Source: Gemmatimonadota bacterium
GTDB taxonomy: Bacteria; Gemmatimonadota; Gemmatimonadetes; Gemmatimonadales; GWC2-71-9
DNA: 50,705 nt
Assembly: GCA_041499215.1 (NCBI GenBank)
Contig: JBGQJV010000002.1
Coordinates: 1-50,705 of the forward strand
Reading direction: 5' to 3'
The position numbers and the translations under genes were made by a program. Positions 9,502 to 17,688 of this stretch are shown one piece after another. A model generated the notes under the pieces. That model was not told where the DNA came from. It saw only the letters and a program-made list of their open reading frames with translations, and made no database searches. Every line of letters starts with the position of its first letter. Position 1 is the first letter of the stretch.

Positions 9502-10122
9502 ATGACCGAGACCATCGAGCAGTTCGGCAGGCAGGTTGCGGCTCCGACGCCAACTCCGGCGGGGGGCGCGGTAGCGGCGGTGGCCGCGAGTCTCGCCGCC
9601 GCCCTGGTCGAGATGGTCGGCCGGATCGGGCAGGCCAGGCAGCGGGACGGCTCGGAGAGCCTGACCCAGCTGGTGGAACAGGCGGAGCGGCTCCGTGGAA
9701 GGCTGCTGGAGCTTGCAGAGGAGGATTCGAAGGCCTTCGCTGCCGTGCTGGAGGCGAAGCGGTCCACAGCGGGCGGAGAGGCGGAGCGGGACACCCGAAT
9801 CCGGCGCGCGTGGCGCCATGCGGGACAGGTTCCGGCCGATGTGATCCGGTTGTGCCGGGAGATCGTCCAGCTGGCGAGAAGGGCGGCCCACGACGGGCCG
9901 CCCAGCACCATTGGCGACGCGGTCATGGCGGCGCTGCTGGCGGCCGCGGCGGCCGCCGGGTCCCATCTGAACCTGCGTTTCAATCTTGAGGCAGCGGGCC
10001 GCCCCGAGGACATGCGGGTGCTGGCCAACGACAGCGAAGTCCTGCTGCGCGATACGCAGAGGGCCGCGTCGGAGACGCGGCTGATTGCGGAAGAAAGGCT
10101 GGGCTCCAAACGTAAGACGTAA
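9502..10122 (+). CDS. Cyclodeaminase/cyclohydrolase family protein (FTCD C-terminal-like)
   Basis: MTETIEQFGRQVAAPTPTPAGGAVAAVAASLAAALVEMV.. is the all-helical pattern typical of formiminotransferase-cyclodeaminase C-domain proteins. The start is uncertain because there is no clear SD. Confidence 0.6.
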   Translation: MTETIEQFGRQVAAPTPTPAGGAVAAVAASLAAALVEMVGRIGQARQRDGSESLTQLVEQAERLRGRLLELAEEDSKAFAAVLEAKRSTAGGEAERDTRIRRAWRHAGQVPADVIRLCREIVQLARRAAHDGPPSTIGDAVMAALLAAAAAAGSHLNLRFNLEAAGRPEDMRVLANDSEVLLRDTQRAASETRLIAEERLGSKRKT

Positions 10123-10242
10123 GACGTAAGACGTGAGACGTGAGACGTGAGATGTGAGAGGAGAGGTGCCACTACCGGGCGTGGACTCCCACCGCCCAGG
10201 CGTCCCTGTGCACGGGCGCACGTCTTACGCCTCACCTCTCAC
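10111..10242. repeat. Heptamer array CGTAAGA x3, CGTGAGA x3, TGTGAGA, GGAGAGG plus a short inverted copy
   Basis: The array spans 10111-10166 and overlaps the last codons and stop (10120-10122) of the + gene. 10220-10229 is the exact complement of CGTAAGACGT. 10230-10242 complements 10154-10166 at 12 of 13 positions. The copy ends 1 nt before the map stop codon. Confidence 0.8.
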
Positions 10243-10243
10243 G

Positions 10244-10993
10244 TCAAACGGTCAGCAGCCTCGGCCCGTTCCCGGTAATAGCCACGGTGTGCTCGAAGTG
10301 AGCCGCCAGACTCCCGTCGGCGGTCACCACCGTCCATTTGTCGGGGAGGGTCCGGGTGGTATAGTGCCCGGCGGTGATCATCGGCTCGATGGCGATGGTC
10401 ATTCCCTCCAGCAAGCGGGGTCCGCGCTTCGGCTGGCCGTGGTTCGGGACCTGGGGCTCCTCGTGGAACTGGGTGCCGATGCCGTGACCCACCAGCTCGC
10501 GCACCACGCCGAACCCCGCGGCCTCCGCCACCTCCTGTATCGCGTGGCCGATGTCACCTACGTGGTTGCCCACGCGTGCCTGATCGATCCCTGCTGCGAG
10601 ACACTGCTGGGTCACCGCCAGCAGCCGGGTCGCCTCGGGCGAAACCTCGCCCACCGCCACCGTGGTGGCCGAGTCGGCATGCAGACCCTCGAGATGCACC
10701 CCGACGTCGATACTCACGATGTTGCCTTCCCGGAGCACCCGGCGGGCGTTCGGGATGCCGTGCACGATCTCTTCGTTGATCGAGGTGCAGAGGGTCTTGG
10801 GGAACCCGTACAGGCCCTTGAAGGACGGGGTCGCCCCGGGGTGGCTCCGGATGAACTCCTCGGCCAGCGTATCCAGCTCGAGGGTGCTGACCCCCGGCCG
10901 GACGGAGCGCCGCATCAGGGCAAGGGTCTCGGCGACGATATGGCCGGCTCGGGCCATCGTCTCGACTTCGCGGGGGGACTTGATGGTGATCAT
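10244..10993 (-). CDS. map: Type I methionine aminopeptidase
   Basis: MITIKSPREVETMARAGHIVAE.. with conserved D/D/H/E/E metal-ligand context. It follows adk in the spc cluster. Confidence 0.95.
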   Translation of the reverse strand: MITIKSPREVETMARAGHIVAETLALMRRSVRPGVSTLELDTLAEEFIRSHPGATPSFKGLYGFPKTLCTSINEEIVHGIPNARRVLREGNIVSIDVGVHLEGLHADSATTVAVGEVSPEATRLLAVTQQCLAAGIDQARVGNHVGDIGHAIQEVAEAAGFGVVRELVGHGIGTQFHEEPQVPNHGQPKRGPRLLEGMTIAIEPMITAGHYTTRTLPDKWTVVTADGSLAAHFEHTVAITGNGPRLLTV

Positions 10994-11010
10994 TGCGGGT
11001 GGCGGTCAGC

Positions 11011-11123
11011 CATTAGCCATTAGCCGCTAGCCATTAGCTGCAGCCCAGTTCGTCGGGGACGCAGTAGGAAGTCCGCAGTCTTGCGCACCATGAAAGCTAA
11101 CGGCTAAAGGCCAACGGCTATGG
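11011..11123. repeat. Heptamer-array hairpin (AGCCATT)n / (GGCCAAC, GGCTAAC)n
   Basis: 11011-11039 pairs with 11095-11123 at 22 of 29 positions, with a 55-nt loop. It fills the adk-stop (11142) to map-start (10993) spacer. Confidence 0.7.
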
Positions 11124-11141
11124 CCAACGGCCCACCAGACC

Positions 11142-11705
11142 CTACCGCCCGATAATCCCCACCACCCGCGCCGCGATCTCGTCGATTCCTCCGACCGCCG
11201 GGATGACGTGGACAGCCGCACGGCCCTTGAACCACTCGAGCACCGGGGTCGTCAGGTCGCGATAGGCCTTGAGCCGGGTGGCCACGGCCACGGGATCGTC
11301 GTCCACCCGCCCCTCGATGGTGCGCCGCCGGTCGATCCGGGCGAGAATCTCACTGTCCGGCACGTCGAAGAACAGCACGCAGTCCATCTTCCGGCCGCGC
11401 TCGCCCAGGAGACGGGTCACCCCCTCCGCCTGGGGTACCGTCCGCACCACCCCGTCGAAGATCACGCCCTGGGCGGCTTCGGGCTTGGCGAGCTCGTCGC
11501 GCACCACACCCATAATGATATCATCGCTGACCAGCTGGCCGGATTCCATCACCGCCTTGGCGCGGAGCCCGACGGGCGTCCCGCGCTTCACCGCGTCGCG
11601 CAGCAGGTCGCCGGTGGCGAATTTCGGCAGACCCAGCCGCTCGGCGAGCAGCGCGCCCTGGGTGCCCTTGCCGGCACCGGGCGGACCCAGCAGCAGAATG
11701 TTCAT
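11142..11705 (-). CDS. adk: Adenylate kinase (short-LID type)
   Basis: MNILLLGPPGAGKGTQ P-loop; 187 aa; no Cys4 zinc LID. Confidence 0.95.
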   Translation of the reverse strand: MNILLLGPPGAGKGTQGALLAERLGLPKFATGDLLRDAVKRGTPVGLRAKAVMESGQLVSDDIIMGVVRDELAKPEAAQGVIFDGVVRTVPQAEGVTRLLGERGRKMDCVLFFDVPDSEILARIDRRRTIEGRVDDDPVAVATRLKAYRDLTTPVLEWFKGRAAVHVIPAVGGIDEIAARVVGIIGR

Positions 11706-11746
11706 GGGTGGTCACCCGTCGTGTGAGTCGGCGATGCCGCCCGACT

Positions 11747-11846
11747 CGTCATCCTGAGAGCCTGTCCCGAGCGAAGCGAGGGAAGCGAAGCGACGAAGGA
11801 TCCCTTTCGGTCCGGCAAGGGATCCCTCGCTGCGCTCGGGATGACG
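11747..11846. repeat. REP-like composite extragenic palindrome
   Basis: CGTCATCCTGAG..CCCGAGCGAAGCGAGGGA (11747-11783) is mirrored by TCCCTCGCTGCGCTCGGGATGACG (11823-11846). An inner 9-bp stem GGATCCCTT / AAGGGATCC is at 11798-11806 / 11817-11825. It lies between secY and adk. Confidence 0.7.
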
Positions 11847-11865
11847 CGAGGCCGCGGGCCCCGCG

Positions 11866-13182
11866 TCACATGAATCGCTGCTGCCGCCCGCGGAACTTGA
11901 TTCGTCCGGTCTTCATGAAGCTGTCGTATTTCCGGAGCGTCAGGTGCTGCTGCACCTGGGCGATCGTATCGAGCAGCACGCCCACCACGATCAGCACCGA
12001 GGTTCCGCCGAACTGCTGCTGGAAGCCGAGCTGCTTGGTCATGGTGACCGGGATGATGGCGATCAGGGCCAGGAACAGGGCGCCCGGGAGGGTCACCCGG
12101 GCCAGCACGTTGTCGATGTAGTCCGCGGTGCTGGCGCCGGGCTTCACTCCGGGGATGAACCCGCCCTGCTTCTTCAGGTTCTCCGCCAGGTCCACCGAGT
12201 TGAAGATGATGGAGGTGTAGAAGTAGCTGAACAGCAGGATCAGGATCGCGAAGGTCACGTCGTAGGGCAGCTCGCCGGGCGTGAAGAAGTCGGCGAAGGC
12301 CCTGAGGATGTTGTTCTGGGTGAAGCTCGCCAGCGTGCCCGGCACGATGATGATCGTCTGGGCGAAGACGATCGGCATGACGCCGGCGGTGATGAGCCGG
12401 ATGGGAATGAAGGTCTTCTGCCCCTGGGTCATCCGGCCCCGCCCCATCACCTTCCGCGGGATCTGGACCGGGATCCGGCGTGCCGCGAGGGACATGGCCG
12501 TCACCGCCGTGACCACCCCGACCAGAATCGCGCCGAACAGGATCACCTTGGGGAACGACAGCGCCCCTTCCTTCCAGAAGCCCGCCATCTGCACCAGGCC
12601 GGGCCACAGCCGGTCGAGGATCGAGAAGGTGATGAGCAGGCTCATCCCGTTCCCGATCCCGCGCTCGGTGATCTGCTCGCCCAGCCACATGACGAAGATC
12701 GCGCCGGTCGTCAGGACCACCATCATCGAGAGTCGGGTCCAGAACGTCGGGACCGGAACCGCCCCCGGGATGCTCTCGGTGAACACCGCGAAGGCGTAGG
12801 CCTGGGTCAGCGCGATGGCGACCGTGGCGTAGCGGGTCCACTGGGTGAGCTTCTTCTTCCCCTCCTCGTCCTTCTGCATCTTACCGATGGAGGGGACGAT
12901 GCCGCCCGCCAGCTGGAAGATGATCGAGGCCGAGATGTAGGGCATGATGCCCAGCGCGAACACCGTGGCGCGGGAGAGCCCGCCGCCCAGGGTGTCGTAC
13001 AGCCCGAAGAAGCCGGCGGCCGCCGAGTTCCGGATGAAGTCGGTGACCGCCTGGACATTCACGCCGGGCGCGAAGATGTGCGCCCCGATCCGGTAGATGA
13101 CCAGGGCGAGGAGGGTGAACCCGATCTTCCGCTGCAGCTCGGGGTCGATCCCGCCGAAGGTGGGCCGGGCGGCGGCGGTCAT
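11866..13182 (-). CDS. secY: Preprotein translocase subunit SecY
   Basis: 438-aa polytopic membrane protein with a SecY-like sequence, in the canonical position after rplO. Confidence 0.97.
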   Translation of the reverse strand: MTAAARPTFGGIDPELQRKIGFTLLALVIYRIGAHIFAPGVNVQAVTDFIRNSAAAGFFGLYDTLGGGLSRATVFALGIMPYISASIIFQLAGGIVPSIGKMQKDEEGKKKLTQWTRYATVAIALTQAYAFAVFTESIPGAVPVPTFWTRLSMMVVLTTGAIFVMWLGEQITERGIGNGMSLLITFSILDRLWPGLVQMAGFWKEGALSFPKVILFGAILVGVVTAVTAMSLAARRIPVQIPRKVMGRGRMTQGQKTFIPIRLITAGVMPIVFAQTIIIVPGTLASFTQNNILRAFADFFTPGELPYDVTFAILILLFSYFYTSIIFNSVDLAENLKKQGGFIPGVKPGASTADYIDNVLARVTLPGALFLALIAIIPVTMTKQLGFQQQFGGTSVLIVVGVLLDTIAQVQQHLTLRKYDSFMKTGRIKFRGRQQRFM

Positions 13183-13637
13183 TCGACGGCGATCTTCCCG
13201 CCGGCCTGTTCGATCTTCGTGCGCGCCGAGGCGGAGAGCTTCACGCCGTGCACGGCGTACGCCCGCGCCACCTCGCCGGTCCCCAGCAGTTTCACGGGGA
13301 CGTCGCGCTTGGAGATCAGACCTGCGGCGAACAGGGTATCCGGGTTGACCTCGGTGGCGCTGAGGCCGGCGAGGTCCTTCAGGTTCACCGGCTGGGCGGT
13401 CACCTTGAACGGATTGGTGAAGCCGCGCTTGGGCAGCCGCCGGTACATCGGCATCTGCCCGCCTTCGAAGCCGGGATTCGTCTCACCCGCCTGCCGGGCC
13501 TTGTGACCCTTGTTGCCGCGGCCGGCGGTCTTGCCCTTGCCGGAACCGGGGCCGCGACCGACCCGCTTGCTGGTCTTGGACGCGCCGCGGGCCGGCCGGA
13601 GCGTCGACAGCGTCACCGGACTCGTCTTGTCCGCCAT
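13179..13637 (-). CDS. rplO: 50S ribosomal protein L15
   Basis: ..RVGRGPGSGKGKTAGRGNKG.. motif and spc operon position. Confidence 0.97.
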   Translation of the reverse strand: MADKTSPVTLSTLRPARGASKTSKRVGRGPGSGKGKTAGRGNKGHKARQAGETNPGFEGGQMPMYRRLPKRGFTNPFKVTAQPVNLKDLAGLSATEVNPDTLFAAGLISKRDVPVKLLGTGEVARAYAVHGVKLSASARTKIEQAGGKIAVE

Positions 13638-13898
13638 TTACTTCTCCTCGGCCGGCGCCACCTCGACGAGGTGGCGCACCTTGAACAGCATCCCGCGGAC
13701 GGAGGCGTTGTTGGGCAGCTCCGAAACCGCCTGATGGCGCTTGAGGCCCAGCGCCTTGAGCGTCCGCCGCATGGTTTCCGAATGCCCGATCCCGGAGCGG
13801 ATCTGTTTCACCCAGAGCCGCTTGGCCTGCCCCTCGGCGGGGATGGTGGCCGCGTGGTAGGCCGGCCCCTGGCGGCCGACGACGGGATTACGTCCCAT
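13638..13898 (-). CDS. rpmD: 50S ribosomal protein L30 (with ~25-aa N-terminal extension if ATG 13898 is used)
   Basis: Core WVKQIRSGIGHSETMRRTLKALGLKRHQAVSELPNNASVRGMLFKVRHLVEV. ATG 13898 lies 3 nt after the rpsE stop. An internal non-ATG start cannot be excluded. Confidence 0.85.
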   Translation of the reverse strand: MGRNPVVGRQGPAYHAATIPAEGQAKRLWVKQIRSGIGHSETMRRTLKALGLKRHQAVSELPNNASVRGMLFKVRHLVEVAPAEEK

Positions 13899-13901
13899 GG
13901 C

Positions 13902-14570
13902 TCAGACCTCCTGCGGGGCGCGGTAGGGGATCTGATCCAGCTCGATCCCGCGCTCTCGCGCCACCTGGCGCGCCGTCACGAGCTGCGAGAGCCCGTCCAG
14001 CGTGGCCCGCACCATGTTGTGCGGGTTGTTGGACCCCAGGCTCTTGGTGAGAATGTCGGTAATGCCGGCGCACTCGAGCACCGATCGCACCGGGCCGCCG
14101 GCGATGACCCCGGTCCCGCTGGCCGCCGGCTTGAGCAGTACCCGGCCCGCGCCATGCTGGCCGATGACCTCGTGTGGAATGGTCGCCCCGACGCGCGGCA
14201 GATCCACCATGCTGCGCTTGGCAGCATCGACCGCCTTGCGCACCGCCTCGGAGACCTCATTGGCCTTGCCGGTAGCGATGCCGACCCGTCCCTTGCCGTC
14301 CCCCACGGCCACCAGCGCGTTGAACGAGAACCGCCGGCCGCCCTTCACGACCTTGGCGACGCGATTGATCGCGACCACGTTCTCGATGAACTCGCTCTTC
14401 TCCCGATCGCGGTCCCGGTCGCCGCGGCCACCCCGCCCGCCACGGTCTCCCCGGCCACCCCGCCCGCCGCCCTGACCACCCCGACCCCCGCGGCCACGCC
14501 CACGATCGCCAGGCGGGGTACCGCTGGGCGGCGGGGTCTCGGTCACGGGGCCTTCCTGTTCGTCTGCCAT
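13902..14570 (-). CDS. rpsE: 30S ribosomal protein S5 with an RGG-rich N-terminal extension
   Basis: Core [24 protein letters not shown]... ATG 14570 abuts the rplR stop (14572). The ORF-track start 14627 would overlap rplR. Confidence 0.95.
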   Translation of the reverse strand: MADEQEGPVTETPPPSGTPPGDRGRGRGGRGGQGGGRGGRGDRGGRGGRGDRDRDREKSEFIENVVAINRVAKVVKGGRRFSFNALVAVGDGKGRVGIATGKANEVSEAVRKAVDAAKRSMVDLPRVGATIPHEVIGQHGAGRVLLKPAASGTGVIAGGPVRSVLECAGITDILTKSLGSNNPHNMVRATLDGLSQLVTARQVARERGIELDQIPYRAPQEV

Positions 14571-14571
14571 G

Positions 14572-14943
14572 TCAGAACTCCAGTCCGCCTGCGCGCGCGC
14601 CGTCGGCCACAGCCTTGACGCGTCCATGATACCGGTACCCCGCCCGATCGAACACTACCCGGGTGAAGCCCGCGGCCTTGGCCTTCGCCGCGATCGCTTT
14701 GCCCACACCCTTGGCCTTCCCGATCTTGCCCGCCCCATCCGGCGACACGCCCTCGGAGGTATCCCCCAGGCCCAGCAGGCACACACCTTTGTCGTCGTCC
14801 ACCAGCTGGGCGTAGATGTGCTTGAGCGAGCGGAACACCGCCAGCCGCGGCCGCTCCGCGGTCCCCGTGACCGTCTTGCGCACCCGCAGGTGCCGGCGGT
14901 AGCGAAGCTCCAGCCGCGAGGAGGGAGACTTGATGGCACGCAT
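14572..14943 (-). CDS. rplR: 50S ribosomal protein L18
   Basis: ..[31 protein letters not shown].. typical L18. Confidence 0.97.
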   Translation of the reverse strand: MRAIKSPSSRLELRYRRHLRVRKTVTGTAERPRLAVFRSLKHIYAQLVDDDKGVCLLGLGDTSEGVSPDGAGKIGKAKGVGKAIAAKAKAAGFTRVVFDRAGYRYHGRVKAVADGARAGGLEF

Positions 14944-14946
14944 GGA

Positions 14947-15486
14947 TTACTTGGCTCCTGTCTTGCCGGCCTTGCGGCGGACCGTTTCGCCCTGATACCG
15001 CACGCCCTTGCCCTTGTACGGCTCGGGCTTCCGGAGGCTCCGGATCTCGGCGGCCACCTGGCCGACCAGCTCCTTGTCCGGACCCTCGATTTTGACAATG
15101 GTGTTGTTGTCCACCGTGAACTTGATACCCGGCGGCGCCGGATAGTGCACCGGGTGGGAGAACCCCAGCGCCAGCTGCAGTCCGGTGGACTTGGACTCGG
15201 CCTTGTAGCCCACGCCCTGGATCTCCAGGATGCGGGAGAAGCCCTTGTTCACCCCGTCCACCATGTTCTGGATCAGAGTCCGGGTGAGGCCGTGGAGCGC
15301 CTTGTGCCGGGCCTCGTCCGATGGCCGGGTCACGGTCACCAGCTCACCGGCTAGGGCGATCTGCATCTCGGGGTGGAAGGTGCGCTTGAGCTCGCCCTTG
15401 GGGCCCTTCACGGACAGCTGCTGCCCGTTCACGGCCACCGAGACGCCTTTGGGCACCGCCACCGGCTTCCTGCCGATACGCGACAT
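14947..15486 (-). CDS. rplF: 50S ribosomal protein L6
   Basis: MSRIGRKPVAVPKGVSV.. typical L6. Confidence 0.97.
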   Translation of the reverse strand: MSRIGRKPVAVPKGVSVAVNGQQLSVKGPKGELKRTFHPEMQIALAGELVTVTRPSDEARHKALHGLTRTLIQNMVDGVNKGFSRILEIQGVGYKAESKSTGLQLALGFSHPVHYPAPPGIKFTVDNNTIVKIEGPDKELVGQVAAEIRSLRKPEPYKGKGVRYQGETVRRKAGKTGAK

Positions 15487-15494
15487 GGTCGTTC

Positions 15495-15890
15495 CTACCA
15501 GACGAGGGCGACGAGTTCGCCGCCCAGGTTGGCCGACCGCGCATCGCGGTCGGACATGAGGCCCTTCGGCGTGGAGACGATCGCCATGCCGAGGCCGTTC
15601 TTGACCCGGGGGATCTCGCGGGTCTTCACGTAGCGGCGGAGTCCGGGTGTGGAGACCCGGCGCAGCTCGCGGATGACCGGCTGGTCCCCGTGGTATTTGA
15701 GATACAGCCGGAGCACCCCGCGGGCACCGTCATCGAGGATCTTGTAGTCCGCGATGTAGTGGTTGTCGCGGAGCAGCCGGGCGAGCTCGCTCTTGAGCTT
15801 GCTCACCGGGATGTCCACCCGCTTGTGTCCGGCGGCGCACGCGTTGCGGATGCGGGTCAGCATGTCCGCGACGGGATCTGTCATGCTCAT
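15495..15890 (-). CDS. rpsH: 30S ribosomal protein S8
   Basis: DPVADMLTRIRNA.. typical S8. Confidence 0.97.
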   Translation of the reverse strand: MSMTDPVADMLTRIRNACAAGHKRVDIPVSKLKSELARLLRDNHYIADYKILDDGARGVLRLYLKYHGDQPVIRELRRVSTPGLRRYVKTREIPRVKNGLGMAIVSTPKGLMSDRDARSANLGGELVALVW

Positions 15891-15902
15891 CGTGTCACTC
15901 CC

Positions 15903-16088
15903 CTACCAGCTGGCCTTGCGGACACCCGGGATCTCGCCCTTGAGGGCCATCTCGCGGAAGCAGATACGGCACAGACCGAACTTGCGCAGCACCGCGCGGC
16001 TCCGGCCGCAGCGCTGGCACCGCCGCACCGCCCGGACCTTGAACTTCGGCGTGCGCTTGGCCCGCTCGATCCAACACGTCTTCGCCAT
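15903..16088 (-). CDS. rpsN: 30S ribosomal protein S14 type Z (zinc-ribbon form)
   Basis: 61 aa with CxxC..CxxC (CQRCGR..CRIC), ending ..GVRKASW. Confidence 0.95.
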   Translation of the reverse strand: MAKTCWIERAKRTPKFKVRAVRRCQRCGRSRAVLRKFGLCRICFREMALKGEIPGVRKASW

Positions 16089-16107
16089 CGATCTCTCCTG
16101 TCCTGCC

Positions 16108-16135
16108 GTAGCGCCGCACAGCTGTGCGGCGCTAC
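16108..16135. repeat. Perfect 28-nt palindrome GTAGCGCCGCACAG|CTGTGCGGCGCTAC (CAGCTG-centred family, copy 1)
   Basis: Self-complementary. Located in the rplE-stop / rpsN-start spacer. Confidence 0.9.
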
Positions 16136-16142
16136 AGAGTGA

Positions 16143-16835
16143 TTACGCCACCGCCAGCGGCGTCTCGCCCCGGAACGGCCACCCGAACTCGCGCAACAGC
16201 GCCATCGCTAGGTCGTCCCGGCCGGCCGTGGTCACCAAGGTGATGTCCATCCCGTGGATCTTCTCGACCTTGTCGAAGTCGATCTCGGGAAAGATCATCT
16301 GCTCCTTGATGCCGAGGGTGTAGTTCCCCCGTCCGTCGAAACTCTTGTTCGGCAACCCGCGGAAGTCGCGCACCCGGGGCACCGCCAGGCTGATGAACCG
16401 GTCCAGGAACTCGTACATCCGCGCGTTCCGCAGGGTGACCGACACCCCGATCGGCAGTCCCTGCCGGAGACCGAAGTTGGCGATCGCCTTCTTGGCCCGC
16501 CGGACCACCGGCTTCTGCCCGGTGATGATCGAGAGCTCCTCGGCGACGGCGTCGATCACCTTGGGGTTCTTCGCCCCTTCGCCCATGCCGACGTTCAGCA
16601 CGATCTTCACCAGTCGCGGCACCTGGTGCGGATTGGTGAGCCCGAACTGCTTGGTCAGGTTCGCCCGGATGACGGTGTCGAAGTAGGTCTTGAGCCGGGG
16701 GACCCCCTCCACCGACTTCGGGTTGGCCTCGACCGCCGGCCCCGACCCACCCTTGTCCTTGCCGCCCTTGCCCGCGGGTTTCTTTTCGGCGCCCTTGTCC
16801 CCGCCCTTCGGCGCCTTGTCCTTGGTCTCGGCCAT
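16143..16835 (-). CDS. rplE: 50S ribosomal protein L5 with a Lys/Gly-rich N-terminal extension
   Basis: Core [34 protein letters not shown].. preceded by a 45-aa segment [30 protein letters not shown].. Confidence 0.93.
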   Translation of the reverse strand: MAETKDKAPKGGDKGAEKKPAGKGGKDKGGSGPAVEANPKSVEGVPRLKTYFDTVIRANLTKQFGLTNPHQVPRLVKIVLNVGMGEGAKNPKVIDAVAEELSIITGQKPVVRRAKKAIANFGLRQGLPIGVSVTLRNARMYEFLDRFISLAVPRVRDFRGLPNKSFDGRGNYTLGIKEQMIFPEIDFDKVEKIHGMDITLVTTAGRDDLAMALLREFGWPFRGETPLAVA

Positions 16836-16837
16836 CG

Positions 16838-17218
16838 TCAGCGGTTCCTCGGTATGGACTGGCCCGACTTCACCGCGATCCGCTCCAGCGTACCGTCGGC
16901 GTCCTTCTGCCGGCGGATCCGGGTCGGCTCGCCCGTCTTGAGATCGATCAACATCACCTTCGAGTGGTGCAGCGGCGCCTCGCGGGTCACGATCTGCCCC
17001 GGCGCGTTGGGGGTCGGGCGCTGGTGCTTCTTGATGATGTTCACCCCCTGCACCGTCACCCGCCCGGTCTTGGGGGACACCCGCAGCACCTTGCCCCGCT
17101 TGCCCTTGTCGTCGCCCGAAATCACCTGCACGGTATCACCGGATGCGATGTGCAGCACCTGGCGCTCGACCGGCTTGTGCCGCACCCGCTTCGCCTTCTT
17201 GTAGACCAGCGGCTTCAT
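16838..17218 (-). CDS. rplX: 50S ribosomal protein L24
   Basis: ..[21 protein letters not shown].. KOW motif. ATG 17218 abuts the rplN stop. About 20 extra N-terminal residues. Confidence 0.93.
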   Translation of the reverse strand: MKPLVYKKAKRVRHKPVERQVLHIASGDTVQVISGDDKGKRGKVLRVSPKTGRVTVQGVNIIKKHQRPTPNAPGQIVTREAPLHHSKVMLIDLKTGEPTRIRRQKDADGTLERIAVKSGQSIPRNR

Positions 17219-17219
17219 G

Positions 17220-17588
17220 TCAGAGGACCTCAGGTGCGAGCGAAACGATCTTCATGTAGCGCTTCTCGCGCAGCTCACGCGCCACCGGGCCGAAGATGCG
17301 CGTCGCACGCGGCTCGTTCTGGTCGGTGATCAGGACCACCGCGTTCTCGTCGAACCGGATGTAGGAGCCGTCCTTGCGCCGGGTCTCCTTCACCGTCCGC
17401 ACGATCACCGCCTTGACCACGTCGCCCTTCTTCACCTGGCCGGTGGGGATCGCGTCCTTGATGGTGACCACCACCTTGTCGCCCACGCCGGCGTAGCGGC
17501 GCTTGCTCCCCCCCAGGACGCGGATCACCAGCGCCTTCCGCGCGCCCGAGTTGTCGGCGACCTTCACGATCGATTCCTGTTGGATCAT
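17220..17588 (-). CDS. rplN: 50S ribosomal protein L14
   Basis: [18 protein letters not shown].. typical L14. Confidence 0.97.
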   Translation of the reverse strand: MIQQESIVKVADNSGARKALVIRVLGGSKRRYAGVGDKVVVTIKDAIPTGQVKKGDVVKAVIVRTVKETRRKDGSYIRFDENAVVLITDQNEPRATRIFGPVARELREKRYMKIVSLAPEVL

Positions 17589-17601
17589 CTCCGCCTCAGT
17601 C

Positions 17602-17688
17602 GGCCGCTGGCCGTTGGCCGTTGGTCGTTCGCCCTGCTCCAGCCAATGCCCCAGCCGCGGTCCCGCCAGCGGCTAATGGCCAATGGCC
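17602..17688. repeat. Heptamer-array hairpin (GGCCGTT)n / (AATGGCC)n
   Basis: 17602-17625 pairs with 17665-17688. Of 24 positions, 18 are Watson-Crick, 5 are G.U (plus-strand sense) and 1 is a mismatch. It runs from the rpsQ stop codon to 13 nt upstream of the rplN ATG. Confidence 0.75.

Noticed and set aside
10111-10166. Tandem short repeats here and at other spacers, considered as possible CRISPR arrays.
   Set aside because: The units are 7-9 nt and directly abutting, with no 25-40-nt repeats separated by unique spacers. No cas genes are present in the window.
11027-11221. 64-aa minus-strand ORF in the adk-map spacer, and other 60-110-aa ORFs overlapping repeat arrays, such as 22909..23235, 22931..23137, 44927..45226 and 45028..45293.
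   Set aside because: They are translations of repeat arms or of tRNA genes and their spacers. They have no RBS, a low-complexity sequence, and overlap with verified features.
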